Of a DNA stretch of 64,000 bases, positions 12,480 through 24,719 are shown piece after piece (the stretch's first letter is position 1; every line of letters starts with the position of its first letter). Location: the NCBI RefSeq assembly GCF_004010195.1, contig NC_057749.1, positions 22,416,976 through 22,480,975 on the forward strand, in the 5' to 3' direction. This stretch comes from Chiloscyllium plagiosum (lineage: Eukaryota). A program made the position numbers and the translations under genes. A model generated the notes under the pieces. That model was not told where the DNA came from and ran no database searches. It saw nothing but the letters and a program-made list of their open reading frames with translations.

Positions 12480-13998
12480 TGTTAGAAGGTCATAATTGGG
12501 CACTAAACGAAACACAGGTAATCGGGCAGAGTCTGCATGGTTTTGTGAAAGTTTAATCACGTTTAACCAAGTTATTGGAGTTCTTTGAAGGTGCAGTATA
12601 CATGGTGCACAAAGGGTGTGGATGCATTTGTGAAAGCATTTGACAGTGTACCACATCAACATTTATTGCAGAAGGTATAAGCTCACAGAAAGTGTGCAGA
12701 GATGGGTCTCCCTGATTGGTATGATGTGGGGTCCCTCAGGAGTCTGTGCTGGAGCCTCGTATTCTTAAAACTAAAATGACATAGAACTTTAACACTGAAT
12801 GACTTGGATGACGGAAACAAAGGTATGGTGGTTAAATTTGCAGGTGATACAGAGTGACTGAAACAAAGGTAGGAGCTGAGATTGTGAAGGTGACATGAGG
12901 CAGATGTAGCTGAGTGAGTGGAAGCTGGGGCATAACATGGAAAAATGTGCCATTGCTTACCCAGGCACAAAGAATGAAAAAGCAGCGTATTATTTAAATG
13001 GAAAACTACTTTAACATTCCAGACTGCAGAGGGAGCTAGGTGTTCTGATTAGGAGTCGCATAAAGTTAGTGGGCAGTACAGCAAGTAATTCAAGAAAGCG
13101 AATAAAACACTATACCAAGAAAAAATTGGATACTAATAAAAAGTATGGAGGGCATGGGTGAGACCACAACTTGAATATTGTGTGCATTTTTGGTCTCCTT
13201 ATCAAAGGAAGAAGGTGAATACATGAGAGCCAAGTTCAGAGGAGGTTTACTGACTCCTGGGAATGAGCAGGCTGTCTTAGGTTGGACTTATTTAAATCGG
13301 CATTTAGAACAGCAAGGTATAAGATATTGAATGGTCTTGACAAGGTGGATATAGAAATTAGGTTTCCTCTTGTGGGTGAGAAGAGAAAATTAGGGGGTCA
13401 CCCTTTAAGGAGGAACTTTGGAGGCTGAGGGGTGACCATGTAGAGGTTTACAAAATCATGAGGAGAATATACCCATCTAAATGCCTTTTAAAGGCTGGTA
13501 CAATTGCAACATTTAAAAGGCATTTGGATGGGTATATGAATAGGAAGGGTTTGGAGGGATATGGACTGGATGCTGGCAGGTGGGACTAGATTGGGTTGGG
13601 ATATCTGGTCAGCACGGACAGGTTGGACCAAAGGGTCTGTTTCCGTGCAGAACATTTCTATGACTCGAGAATAGATAGAGTGAATGGCTAGGGTCTTTTT
13701 CCCAAGGTACGGGAGTCTAAAACTAGAGGACATAGAGTGAGAGAGGAAAGATTTAAAAGGGACCTAAAGGGCAACTTTTTCATGCGGAGCGTGGTGTGTG
13801 GAATGAGCTGCCAGAGCAAGTGGAGGAGGCTGGTACAATTATAATATTTAAAAGGCATCTGGATGGGTATATGAATCGGAAAGGTTTAGATGGATATGGG
13901 CCAAATGCTCGCAAATAGAACTAGATTATTTGAGGATATCTGGTCGGCATGGACGAGTTGGACCGAGGGGTCTGTTTCCATGCTGTACATCTCTATGT
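12480..13998 (+). mobile_element. Cluster of CR1 LINE fragments (old RT remnant plus two HER1 3' ends)
   Basis: Decayed GVPQ/FAD RT motifs at about 12730-12850. Two HER1-like tails end near 13665 and 13998. Confidence 0.8.
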
Positions 13999-14398
13999 CA
14001 CCAGGTTTTAGTCCAACAGGTTTATTTGAAATCACAAGCTTTCAGGGTGTCGTTTCTTTTTCAAGTGAAGTTGTTTGGCTTCTGACCTTGTCCACACCCG
14101 TCCAACACTGGCACCTCCACATCACTCTATCACAGAGCTGAGGAGATTTTGTTTTCTCCCAAACGGTGTTGCCTTTGAAACTACCTCCCTCTGACGACGA
14201 TGGAGGTGCCGTCTTTGAATATTTTTTAAGGCGGAGGTCAATTATTGTTGGGCTAACAGGCGGGATTGAGGGATATCAGGAGCAGATGGGAATGTGGAAT
14301 TCTGAACACAAGCAGCCATGATCTTATTGAATGGCAGCGCAGGCTTCAAGGCCTACCTCTGCCCCAATTCTTATGTCGCTATGTCACGCAGAGCTCAC

Positions 14399-14509
14399 CT
14401 GCAGAGATCAGCACGTAGGCAGAAAACAAGGCGATTTCGTCCTCCACGAGGTGCAACATACACAAACCTTTGCCGAATTCAAAGATGGAGTTGATCAAGT
14501 CGTCACAAC
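14399..14509 (-). CDS. RORA: RORA exon, LBD helices 7-8 ([36 protein letters not shown])
   Basis: Not in the ORF track; translated by hand. 111 nt, CAG acceptor, G|GTGAG donor, EDEIALFSA motif. Confidence 0.95.
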
Positions 14510-15564
14510 CTGCCAGGATATTAGAACAGGTGAAACACACAGCAAATCAACACATGCCTTAAGGGACCAGGTCTCTGGTACTCATCTAGGTTGGTATAAA
14601 TGTCAGTCATGATCTAAACGCAGAATGCCACACGTAGTGCGAAACCTGTGATAATATTGAAAGATTGGGAGGATCTCCAAAGGGGTGCTTCAACCTAAAT
14701 AGTGGCTTGTTGACGAATGCATTGGTGGGGCTGGAATAATGAGTGTTAGCCAGTAACTCTGACCCACATGGCTAATCCACTGTTTTATTATGACACTCCA
14801 CGATTTTTTTCACGCAACTGACATTTTACCCTTTAATTAAATTCTTTGTGGAATGCTAAATCTGCAATTAAAAGGTATGAGCATCTTTTGACAACTTGAT
14901 AATCGTTCTTGTAAACTCTATGACTAGAAAAGGTAAAATCTCACCAGCTCATAATCTGTCCTTGGCGATTTTAAAAACATCAATTTAAAAATGTTAATTT
15001 GCCTTTTTTTGGCTCTTTCCCTCTTTCAATATTTTTGAGCCAGAGTTGTTTTTGATTCGCTGTGCAGGTATCCCCTGCTGAAAACACATTCCAATTGAAC
15101 ATTTTCATTTCAGAGCAGCCTCCATTTTTGTTTTTGCGCGGTTACTGTGCATGGTCAGTCTTTTTTTTTAAAATCAAACTATTGCTTCACCATTTTCTTC
15201 CTCGACCCTCACACTCACTGATCCCCCTTTCCAGTGGATTCTGTCCAGCAATTGTCTCTCTCTCTCTCTCTCATTTCCTTCCCTCCAAAACTCGCTGCTT
15301 CCCACTCCTAACTCTTCCAACCATTGTTTCCGTCTCTGGACCTTTACATCCTCCCTCCCAGCTCTCACCCTGTCTCCCTGCTTCCCTCTTCTAAACCCTG
15401 ACTGTTTCTCCACTTACTTCATTGCCTACCATCCCCCCTCCCTCTCATGGCTTGCTATGGGCGAGAGGGAGGGAATATGCTGAGTGGCGGGAGGTGGAAA
15501 GTGCGAGGGTTTGTGAGGGAATTGGAACAAGGAGAGCAGCCAGATCTACATCAATACATTCAGC

Positions 15565-16160
15565 AGCATTGATTTGCTTTGGCTTATTATTGTCGTGTGT
15601 ACGTACGTAGAGTGAAAAGTTTTGTTTTGCGTGCAGTACAAGCAAATCATACCAAACAAAGTGAATTAGAATAATGAGTGGGATACAATGTTACAGCTGC
15701 AGAGAAGGTGCACAAAGAATGATGTCAACATTAAATTCAAAAACGTGAGGTCCATTCAGAAGGCTAAAATCAGCGAGGAAGATGCTGTTCTTGAATCTGT
15801 TGGTCCGTGTGTTTAAGCTTTTATATCTTCTGACAGACGAGGTTGGAAGAGATTATAAACGGGGTGAGAGGGGTCTTTGATGATGTTGGCTGCCTTCCTG
15901 AGCAGTGGGAAGTGTAGATGGAGGCAGTGGATGGAAGGCTGGCCTGTGTGAGGGACTGGGCTGTGTTCACAACTCGCTGTAGTTTCTTACATTCCTGGGC
16001 AGAGCAGTTACTGTGGCGAGCCGTGATGCATCCAGATAGAATGCTTTCTATGGTGCATCTATAAATATTGCCAAGAGTCTTTACGGACGTGCCAAATTTC
16101 CCTAACCGCTTGAGGAAGTGGAGGCGTTTGCTTTCTTGACCATAGCATCAACGTGGGTGG
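15565..16160 (-). mobile_element. Rex1/Babar-like LINE 3' end
   Basis: Minus-strand translation gives YRCTIESILSGCIT...KKLQRVVNTAQ...IIKDPSHP...RTNRFKNS. A matching 3' end lies on the plus strand at about 42970-43200. Confidence 0.8.
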
Positions 16161-16846
16161 TGATCATCACTTATGACAATTGCAGCTACTATCTCCCCAG
16201 CAGCGATAAAGATAGAGAGGCCTATCACAGAGCTGCAGCATGAACGAGATGGTGTCCTTCACCAGGATAGACCACAAGGAGAATCAGCTTCCTCAACATA
16301 AACCTTCAGTGCCTCAGAAGGCTCATATGTTCAGCGATGACATCTTCAACCTCTAGGAACAGGGAGCTGCTCTCTCCCTGTTAGAGCAACTGGGAAAGCA
16401 TCGTCACTCATTATCGCAATCACTAGAGCCCTGAATCTATTTACCTCCGCCTCCGCCCTGGGGTCTGCTGGTGACATCTGCATGATTTCACACGTTGTCT
16501 CTCCCAAGCGATTAGCACTGTGTTTGCAAAGACCTCCACTTGGTCACAGTGAAGCCACATTTACTGCACAGACCCACAGACCTGGGGAAATCGATGGCTT
16601 CACACAAAAAGCGGTCAAAGCTCACCCTTTCAATCAGAAGAGATTCATGCCCATCGGGCATGAGGCAACTCAAAGACTGTCTTGCATCTCTGAGGAAAAT
16701 ATGTGGACATTTGATGGTTTGGTGACAATGTCACAGGACTAGCAGTCCAGAAACTTAGATTAACGTTCTGGGGAAGTGTTAGATTTGAATTTAATTAAAA
16801 AAAAAACATTTGGAATGCTTATGTCTTTTGGTGCCCATGCAAACAC

Positions 16847-17050
16847 CGGGTCAGGCAGCATGCGAGGAACAGAAAAATCGATGTTTCGAGCAAAAACCCT
16901 TCATCAGGAAGCATCCCATTCCTGATGAAGGGCTTTTGCCTGAAACGTCGATTTTCCTGCTCCTCCGAGGCTGCCTGACCTGCTGTGCTTTTCCAGCACC
17001 ACTCTGATCTCTACTCTAGTTTCCAGCATCTGCAGTCCTCACTTTTGCCT
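16847..17050. mobile_element. Family A inverted hammerhead element nested in a SINE
   Basis: Inverted arms around 16912-16918. TSD catgcaaacac at 16836-16846 and 17051-17061. Plus-strand core ctgatgaagggcttttgcctgaaacgtc. Confidence 0.88.
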
Positions 17051-17351
17051 CATGCAAACACATTCTACTGTTGCAAAAACCCATTTGGTTCACAAATGTT
17101 CCTCAGGAAAGGAAATCTGCTGTCCTTACCCTGAATGACCTACATGTGACTCCAGACGCACAGCAATGTGGTTCACTCTTAAATGAACTTGGGGAAATTA
17201 GGGATGGGCAATAAATGTTGGCCGGTGTCCACATCCTATGAAGGAATTGTTTAAAAAAACCTGGAAGTAGCCATGGTTCCAGTCGCTTTGCCCACAAAAG
17301 GGATCCCTACATCTTTGGAGATATAAGCTACCCTCTGGGGACTGGGCTCAT

Positions 17352-17478
17352 GACAACAGTAAATAACTCTACCACTGCCCTCTGGGAGGGTTAGAACAGG
17401 AGTTGTGTCACCGTGACAACAGTAAATAACTCTACCACTACCCTATGGAAAAGCTAGAACAGGAGCTGTGTCACCGTG
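17352..17478. repeat. 63-bp tandem duplication
   Basis: gacaacagtaaataactctaccact...gtgtcaccgt occurs twice. Confidence 0.9.
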
Positions 17479-18203
17479 AGGGTCATCTTCGAGCTAGTCA
17501 TTGGGTTGCTGATAGCGTGACTCAGTACTCTTACTGAACACCCTTCAGTTTGTGCAGCAAGGAATCCACTGAATCCCTACAGTGTGGAAACAGGCCCTTT
17601 GGCCCAACAAGTCCATACTCGCCCTCCAAAGATCCTCACTCAGACCCATTCCCCTACCTGACATTTACCCCTGACTAACGCACCTAGCCTGCACTTCCCT
17701 GAACACAATGGGAAATTTAGCATGGCCAATCCACCTAACCTGCATATCTTTGGACTGTGGGAGGAAACCTGCGCACTCAGAGGAAACCCATGCAGATACG
17801 GGGAGAATGTGCAAACTCCGCACAGACTGCACAGAGGTTGGAATCAAAACCAGGTCCCTGGTGCAGTGAGGCAGCAGTGCTAACCACTGTGCTGCCCCAG
17901 GGTGGGTAGAATAGTCATCCCTTACTGAGAGGGATGGGGCTGTGGGAGGAAACAAGCTGCTGACCATTCAGTGTCCTCTGAGGAGAAAGGTTCTGATGTG
18001 CATGTGGTCCCTCCACCGCTTACCTTCCTGCCAGACTGATCCAGGCCTCATTCCAATAACATGAATGTGTTTGAAGATGTGCATTAGAACCTTCTGTTTT
18101 CCCAGCCTACTCGTCTTTTCCAGCCCCCCCTGAACACATATTACCGCACAGTCTGAAAGTGCTTCCACATCCCATCACAGCATTTGGCTGCTGCCTACTC
18201 TGG

Positions 18204-18430
18204 GGAAAGTGAGGCCTGCAGATGCTGGAGAGCAGAGCCGAAGATTGTGGTGCTGGAAAAGCACAGACGGTCAGGCAGCGTCCGAGGAGCAGGAGAGTCG
18301 ATGTTTCGGGGCGTAAGCTCTTCATCGGGAATGGAGATCCTGATGAAGAGATAATGTTTGAAATGTCGACTCTCCTGCTCCTCGGATGCTGCCTGACCGG
18401 CTGTGCTTTTCCAGCACCACAAAGTTCGAC
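18204..18430. mobile_element. Family A inverted hammerhead element (degenerate cores)
   Basis: Inverted arms. Degenerate TSD tgctgcctactctgg / tactgtctaatctgg. Confidence 0.85.
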
Positions 18431-18534
18431 TACTGTCTAATCTGGTCGTCCCATCCTCCTGAAGATGAATGCCGCTGTGGAATTCGCAAGAGAGGTGACA
18501 GCACTGTGAATAGCCCCAATAAAGTATACGCTTT

Positions 18535-19034
18535 NNNNNNNNNNNNNNNNNNNNNNNNNNNNNNNNNNNNNNNNNNNNNNNNNNNNNNNNNNNNNNNNNN
18601 NNNNNNNNNNNNNNNNNNNNNNNNNNNNNNNNNNNNNNNNNNNNNNNNNNNNNNNNNNNNNNNNNNNNNNNNNNNNNNNNNNNNNNNNNNNNNNNNNNNN
18701 NNNNNNNNNNNNNNNNNNNNNNNNNNNNNNNNNNNNNNNNNNNNNNNNNNNNNNNNNNNNNNNNNNNNNNNNNNNNNNNNNNNNNNNNNNNNNNNNNNNN
18801 NNNNNNNNNNNNNNNNNNNNNNNNNNNNNNNNNNNNNNNNNNNNNNNNNNNNNNNNNNNNNNNNNNNNNNNNNNNNNNNNNNNNNNNNNNNNNNNNNNNN
18901 NNNNNNNNNNNNNNNNNNNNNNNNNNNNNNNNNNNNNNNNNNNNNNNNNNNNNNNNNNNNNNNNNNNNNNNNNNNNNNNNNNNNNNNNNNNNNNNNNNNN
19001 NNNNNNNNNNNNNNNNNNNNNNNNNNNNNNNNNN
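18535..19034. other. Assembly gap (500 N)
   Basis: Run of N. The round size suggests a scaffolding placeholder. Confidence 1.
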
Positions 19035-19109
19035 ATGATATTACCTAGTATGGTGATGAAATGTCTGAAAAAGAACCTTACAGCTCAGCGAGCAAACCTA
19101 CATCCAAAG

Positions 19110-19580
19110 TCTAGTCCCATCTGCCAGCATTTGGTCCATATCCCTCCAAACCCTTCCTATTCATAAAATCATCCAGATGCCTTTTAAATATTGTAATTGT
19201 ACCAGCCTCCACCACTTCCTCTGGCAGCTCATTACACACACACACCACCCTCTGTGTGAAAAAGTTGCCCCTTAGGTCCCTTTTATATCTTCCTCCTTTC
19301 ACCGTAAACCTATGTCCTCTAGTTTTGGACTCCCCTACTCTGAGAAAAAGACATTGCCTATTCACCTTATCCATGCCCCCCATGATTTCATAAACCCTTA
19401 TAAAGTCACCCCTCACCCTCTGAAGCTCCAGGGAAAACAACCCCAGCCTGTTCAGCCTCTCCCTGTGGCTCAAATCCTCCAACCCTGGCAACATCCTTGT
19501 AAATCTTTTCTGAACCCTTTCAAGTTTCACAACATCCTTCCGATAGGAGGGAGACCAGAATTGCACACAGTATTCCAAAC
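19110..19580 (-). mobile_element. CR1/HER1 LINE ORF2 C-terminal fragment
   Basis: ORF EYCVQFWSPSYRKDVVKLERVQKRFTRMLPG...TQRVV. Confidence 0.93.
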
Positions 19581-19699
19581 GAAAAACAATAGGCCACTTA
19601 GGTTATAGATCAGATGGATCTCTTTATTCACATCTTTGTCTAAACTGATCAACTTCACCTAAACCCTCATGTCTCAGTCTGAGGTAAAGTCACTGTACT

Positions 19700-19912
19700 C
19701 ATAACCAATCATAGGGCTGCTCTCTCATTGAAGGGAGAGAGAGAGAGAGATGGCTGGCGGTGATTTAACTTTGAGGGTCACCATGCCTCAGGCAGGGTGG
19801 GGTGGTTTGAGAAAGACAGTCCTTCATGCTAACTTCAGCCCGTGCAGGAATTGAACCCATGCTGTTGGCATTATTCTGCATTGCAAATCAAATGTCCAGC
19901 CAACTGAACTAA
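19700..19912 (-). mobile_element. tRNA-derived SINE of a third family
   Basis: A and B boxes on the minus strand. Core cctgaggca..gtgaccctcaggttaaa also at 480-605(+) and 34225-34400(-). Confidence 0.7.
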
Positions 19913-20787
19913 CCCAAACAACCTAATCCTTAACTACTGATAGCCTAAGCTGACGCAGTGTTGCATGGCAACGTGGCTGAGCAGTTAGCACTGCTGCCTC
20001 ACAGCGCCAGGGACCTGGGTTCAATTCCAACCTCGGGCAACTGTCCGTGTGGAGTTTGCACATTCTCCCCGTGTCTGTGTGGGTTTCCTCTGGGTGCTCC
20101 AGTTTCCTCCCACAGTCTAAAGATGTGCAGGTGAGGTGGATTGGCTAGGCTACATTACCCGTAGTGTTAGATACAGTAGTCAGGGATAAATGTAGGGGAA
20201 TCGGTCTGGATGGGTTACTCTTCGGAGGGTCGGTGTTGGGCAGAAGGGCCTGTTTCCATACTGTCATTAATTAATCTAAATTGCCCATAGTGTGCAGGGA
20301 TGTGTAGGTTAGGTGCGTTAGTTAGTCAGGGGTAAATGTAGAATAATAGGGTAGGGAAATGGGTCTGGATAAGTTACTCTTCAGAGGGTTGGTGTGGATT
20401 GTTGGGCCGAAGAGCCTGTTTCCACACTGTAGGGATTCTATTTTTGTTTCCTTTTAGGAAAAACAGAAACCCAGCCACTGATTCTATTTGATTTTTCTTT
20501 TTTTTTAGTTGCTTGTGCATCCAATTACAGCCCAGTAACTGTAGGGATTCCGTGAGATGTGCCGGTTAGGGTGGGTTGGCCAGGATAAATTGCCCCATAG
20601 TGTCCAGGGATGTGCAGGCTAGGTGGGTTAGCCATGGGAAATGCAGGGTTACAGGGACTGGGTTGGTTCTGGGCCGGATGCTCTCTGGAGGGTCACTGTG
20701 GACTTGAACGGCCTGCTTCTACGTTGTAGGGATTCTATGATTCTAAACCTAACCCTATCAGCTTATTCTGAACACTATCATAATAAG

Positions 20788-20932
20788 TGGAGGTGGGTAC
20801 TGCAGATGCTAGACGTTAGGGTCAAGATTAGAGTGGAATTCCTGATGAAGGGTGTTTGCCTGAAACGTCGATTTTCCTGCTCCTTGGATGCCGCCTGACC
20901 TGCTGTGCTTTTCCAGCACCACTCTAATCTTG
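20788..20932. mobile_element. Family A element with a short inverted arm
   Basis: Core ctgatgaagggtgtttgcctgaaacgtc. TSD actatcataataag / actatcatattaag. Confidence 0.82.
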
Positions 20933-21059
20933 ACTATCATATTAAGCCCAACCCTATCATTCTAACTATGCATCGTTTTCATGGTCATGTACTGACCTAG
21001 TTTCCCAATAAATGACGTTCATCTTAGTCACTTCCACCAGTTTTCAACTGAAACTGGAG

Positions 21060-21550
21060 CGCTGTGTGTCGTCCTGATCACTGCGCTATAGGAAGGACGG
21101 GATTGCACTGGACAGGGGTGTGGAGAGGATTCACCAGGATGCTACCTGGGATGGAGCAGTTTAGCGAGGGAGAGAGGCCGGATAAGCTCGAGTTGCTTCC
21201 TTCAGAGCAGAGAAGATTGTGGGGCGAACAGACTGAGCTGTTGAGAGAACGATGGGCACGGACAGGGTGATTAAAGGGCAGCTGCTGCCCTTGGCTGAAG
21301 GGCCAGTAATGAGGCAGCATAACATAAGATGAAGAGCAGAGGGGATTTGAGGAAAAAAAAACATTTCTCTCCCAGAAGGAAGTGAGGGCAGTAGAGGCTG
21401 AAAACCTTATAAGCTTTAGAAAATACTTGAATGGGCACTTAAAACATTCTTACATGCAAGGCTATGGGCCAAGTGTTGGGAAGTGGGACCAGTGTAGATT
21501 TCAAATCAATGGACCAAAGGACCTCTCTGTGCTCCATAACCTTTTGAGTC
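21060..21550 (+). mobile_element. CR1 LINE 3' fragment (older)
   Basis: FTRMLPGME..RLWG motifs and a ggctatgggccaagtg tail. Confidence 0.75.
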
Positions 21551-22494
21551 TAAAGGAGTATTATTGAGTTCCCAAAGTGAGTTAATTGTGATTATCTCTA
21601 TTTATTGTCTCTGTTTCTAATGAGTAAAACAACACTCAGTGTTTAATGCAAGTCTTGCCTACTGGCTGGATAGCCAGTGAAAGTCATGTGTCACCACATC
21701 TGGGGACGATCCACTGATGTCGACTGCTTCAGGAGTGCAGGCCCGTCTACGGGAGCTGCTAGAGGACTGGAGACCGATAGCCGCCCATTGCAGGCAGGGT
21801 CGACTGTGGGGAGCGCACGCACCAGGATCAACGGGAAACCCATACCACAGGTAACTGAAGATGGCCTGGGGTCCTGGGGGGGGGGGGGGGGGGGGGGGGG
21901 ATCGTAGAAGAGAGAGGAGGGTAATTGGGCAGCTGAGGTCCCAATGTTAGGCCCCTTCATCAGGCCCTTGGAATGAGGGCCCACTTAGAAGCCTGTCAGC
22001 GAACAGGATAGGGCTAATATTATGGGCTTCCCGGACAGAGAGAAACATCGGAGTTTGAGTTGAGGTCAATCTGTCGGCATTAAATACCTACGTCGCGGTG
22101 GGACAGGAGGAGTGATTTTATCAAGGCGGAGGTGGGTAGATGATGGGGGTCCCCACCTACCATCCTCCCATGTAATTAACTGTCCACCCCACATCTCACC
22201 CTGCCTCAGTTTAGAGGGCATTAAATTTTACCCATTGTTGCATGTTAATCCAACCTTTCTATTACAGAGCAGGGAAACAGACCCTTTGGTCCGACCAGTC
22301 CATGCCGAACATAATCCCAAACTAAACGAGTCCCACCTGCCTGCTCCTGGCCCATATCCCTCCAACCCTTTCCTATTCACATACTTATCTAAATGGTCTT
22401 TTAACCACTTGAAGCGCTCTTAATCTTCTCAGTTCGAGAGAAAACAAAGCCTGTAAAAACCCGTAAAGGGCCTATCTTTGACAAGGATGAGTAC

Positions 22495-22627
22495 CTGCTT
22501 TCAGAAGTACAATCTGATCGTTTTGACACAGTTCCATGAATCCATCGATCCGTTTCGCAAACTCCACCACATACTGAATCGCCTCAGTTATTTTGATAGC
22601 GCAAAGCTGCCACATCACCTCCCGGGG
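22495..22627 (-). CDS. RORA: RORA exon, LBD helices 3-4 ([45 protein letters not shown])
   Basis: 133 nt, CAG acceptor, GT donor. Carries the nuclear-receptor LBD signature FAKxIxGFxxLxxxDQxxLLK. Confidence 0.97.
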
Positions 22628-22735
22628 CTGCACGAGAAAGATTATCACGTGAACGTGGGCGCTTGGCGGAGGAAAGTCACGGGTGTCACCCGTGGTACTC
22701 ACCGTTTTGACCTGGCACTCGTGCTTCCCCCTTAC

Positions 22736-22857
22736 CTTATTCTGGTAAATCTCCACTTCTTCCTGCACGTAGTCTTGCCATGTTATCTGTTGCAGCTCTT
22801 CCCGCAGGTACTGGCAGGTCTCAATGTGGGACTTGGAGATGTTCTGTGCGAGGTGCT
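22736..22857 (-). CDS. RORA: RORA exon, LBD helices 1-2 ([41 protein letters not shown])
   Basis: 122 nt, CAG acceptor, AAG|GTAAG donor. Translation matches the RORA LBD. Confidence 0.97.
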
Positions 22858-24079
22858 CTGCAGGGCAAAATATGCAGCAATTTATGGAGCACTCATAAAA
22901 GCAACAAATGGTCAGAGAATTAGGGTTAGGGCCAACAATTCTAAGCACATCATTGTCAGAATTTTGCAAGGAGGTAGAATGGCTTGCAGAAGGTATTTCG
23001 CTGGGAGCAGCAGTGCTGTGTATGAAAAGGCGAAGCAAACGTCATCAGTTGACAACCTTTAACAATTTAATGTATCCTAAATTCCAACTGTTAATGAGGC
23101 ACCCACACACCTAGCATGGCTGCTGCTGTGGCCACTGTATCATAGTAGAGCTGGTATTATATACACTGAGAACAGTCAATTGCAGAGTGGAAGCGGGCCA
23201 TTCAACCCATTGACCCTCCAAACAGCATCCCACCCAGTAACCCTGCACTTCCCTGATCCACCTAGGTTTGCACATCCCTGGACACTTTAGCAAGGCCAAT
23301 CCACCTCGGCTGCACATCTTTGGAGGATACCCACACAGACGCAGGGAGAATATGCAAATTCCACACAGATGCCCGCGGCTGGAATCGAACCCAGGTCCCT
23401 GGCACAGTGAGGCAGCAGTGCTAACCACTGTGCCACCAAATGCCATTCAGCCCACTATTCCTGCGCTGGTTCTACAATCTTTAGCTTCCTGTGTGAACCA
23501 AAAACTAATCCTAACATCACAATCTCCCTGGAGCCTGGTATTGTCTCTTGTTTCAAGTAACTATTCAACCGAAAAATCCAAAAATATTACATTTTCAGTA
23601 GAGCGGGATTGCTGTGTACCACAGCCAGCATAGCTGGCCCAGTGAAATTGAGAAATATGACAGGGGTAATGCGACAGGAATAGTGGGACAGATTTTGATC
23701 ACCAAGGCTTGATTCCTCGAGCATCAGACTCAACTTGATAAACTATGGCTCTGTGAAGCAAGATCTTTGTACCAGAAAAGAGTGCAGATGCGAGATGATC
23801 TTGGGCTCAGGCAGCAGATGCCAGGAGGATACAGGAACTGATGAGCGGTGAGCTGTTTCGCAGCTTCGTCTGGGTTCTCTGGGACTTTTACAAACTGATT
23901 TCAAAGACTTTAGACCCTTCAGCCCTCAACAATCTCTCATGGCTTCTGATACCTTTGACGGAAAGCAGCACACACCTCTGCCTTCTCAAGGCGCAGCTAG
24001 GGATGGGAAACATCCCAGCCAGTGATGAGCAAATCCATTTTTAATTCAATACCAGTCACGCTCTTATTGTCTCTCATAC

Positions 24080-24705
24080 ATCCCTTGCACATCCACCAAT
24101 ATCATTTATTGTATCCGTTACTCCCAATGCGGTCTCCTCAACATTGGGGAGACAGGACGCCTCCTAGCAGAGTGCTTTAGGGAACATCACCGGGACACCC
24201 GCACAACCAACCCCACCGCCCTGTGACCCAATATTTCAACTCCCCCTTCCACTCTGCCGCGGACATGCATGTCCTGGGCCTCCTCCACCACTGCTCCCTC
24301 ACCACCCGATGCCTGGAGGAAGAACAGCTCATCTTCCGCCTCGGAACACTTCAACCCCAGGGCATCAATGTGGACTTCACCAGTTTCCTCATTTCCCCCC
24401 CTCCCACCTTACCTCAGTTCCAACCTTCCAGCTCAGCACCATCCCCATGACCTGTCCTACCGGCCAATCTCCCTTCCCACTCCACCCTCCTCTCTGACCT
24501 ACCACCTTCATCCCCACCCCCATCCACCCACTGTACTCTTTGCTACCTTCTTCTCAGCGCCCCCCCCACCCCACCCCACCATTTATCTCTCCACCCTGGA
24601 GGCTCCCTGCCTTCATTCCTGATGAAGGGCTCATGCCCGAAACGTCGATTTTCCTGCTCCTTGGATGCTGCCTGACCTGCTGTGCTTTTCCAGCACCACT
24701 CTAAT
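24080..24705 (+). mobile_element. Penelope-like retroelement 3' fragment: degenerate GIY-YIG endonuclease, C-rich spacer and hammerhead-bearing terminal repeat
   Basis: Translates as CTSTNIIYCIRYSQCGLLNIGETGRLLAECFREH, then after a frameshift EEEQLIFRLGTLQPQGINVDF. This fits the PLE GIY-YIG pattern. The family-A terminal sequence follows. Confidence 0.9.
24612..24652 (+). ncRNA. Minimal hammerhead ribozyme (family A) in the Penelope 3' repeat
   Basis: CTGATGA (24619-24625), A-GGGC-tcat-GCCC stem II, GAAA (24639-24642), C-GTC cleavage triplet. Confidence 0.85.
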
Positions 24706-24719
24706 TGAGACTTTTGCCT

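Noticed and set aside
18386..19048. 220-aa ORF
   Set aside because: Artifact of reading through the N gap.
22478..23062. 194-aa plus-strand ORF antisense to two RORA exons
   Set aside because: Shadow frame of coding exons with no recognisable protein features.
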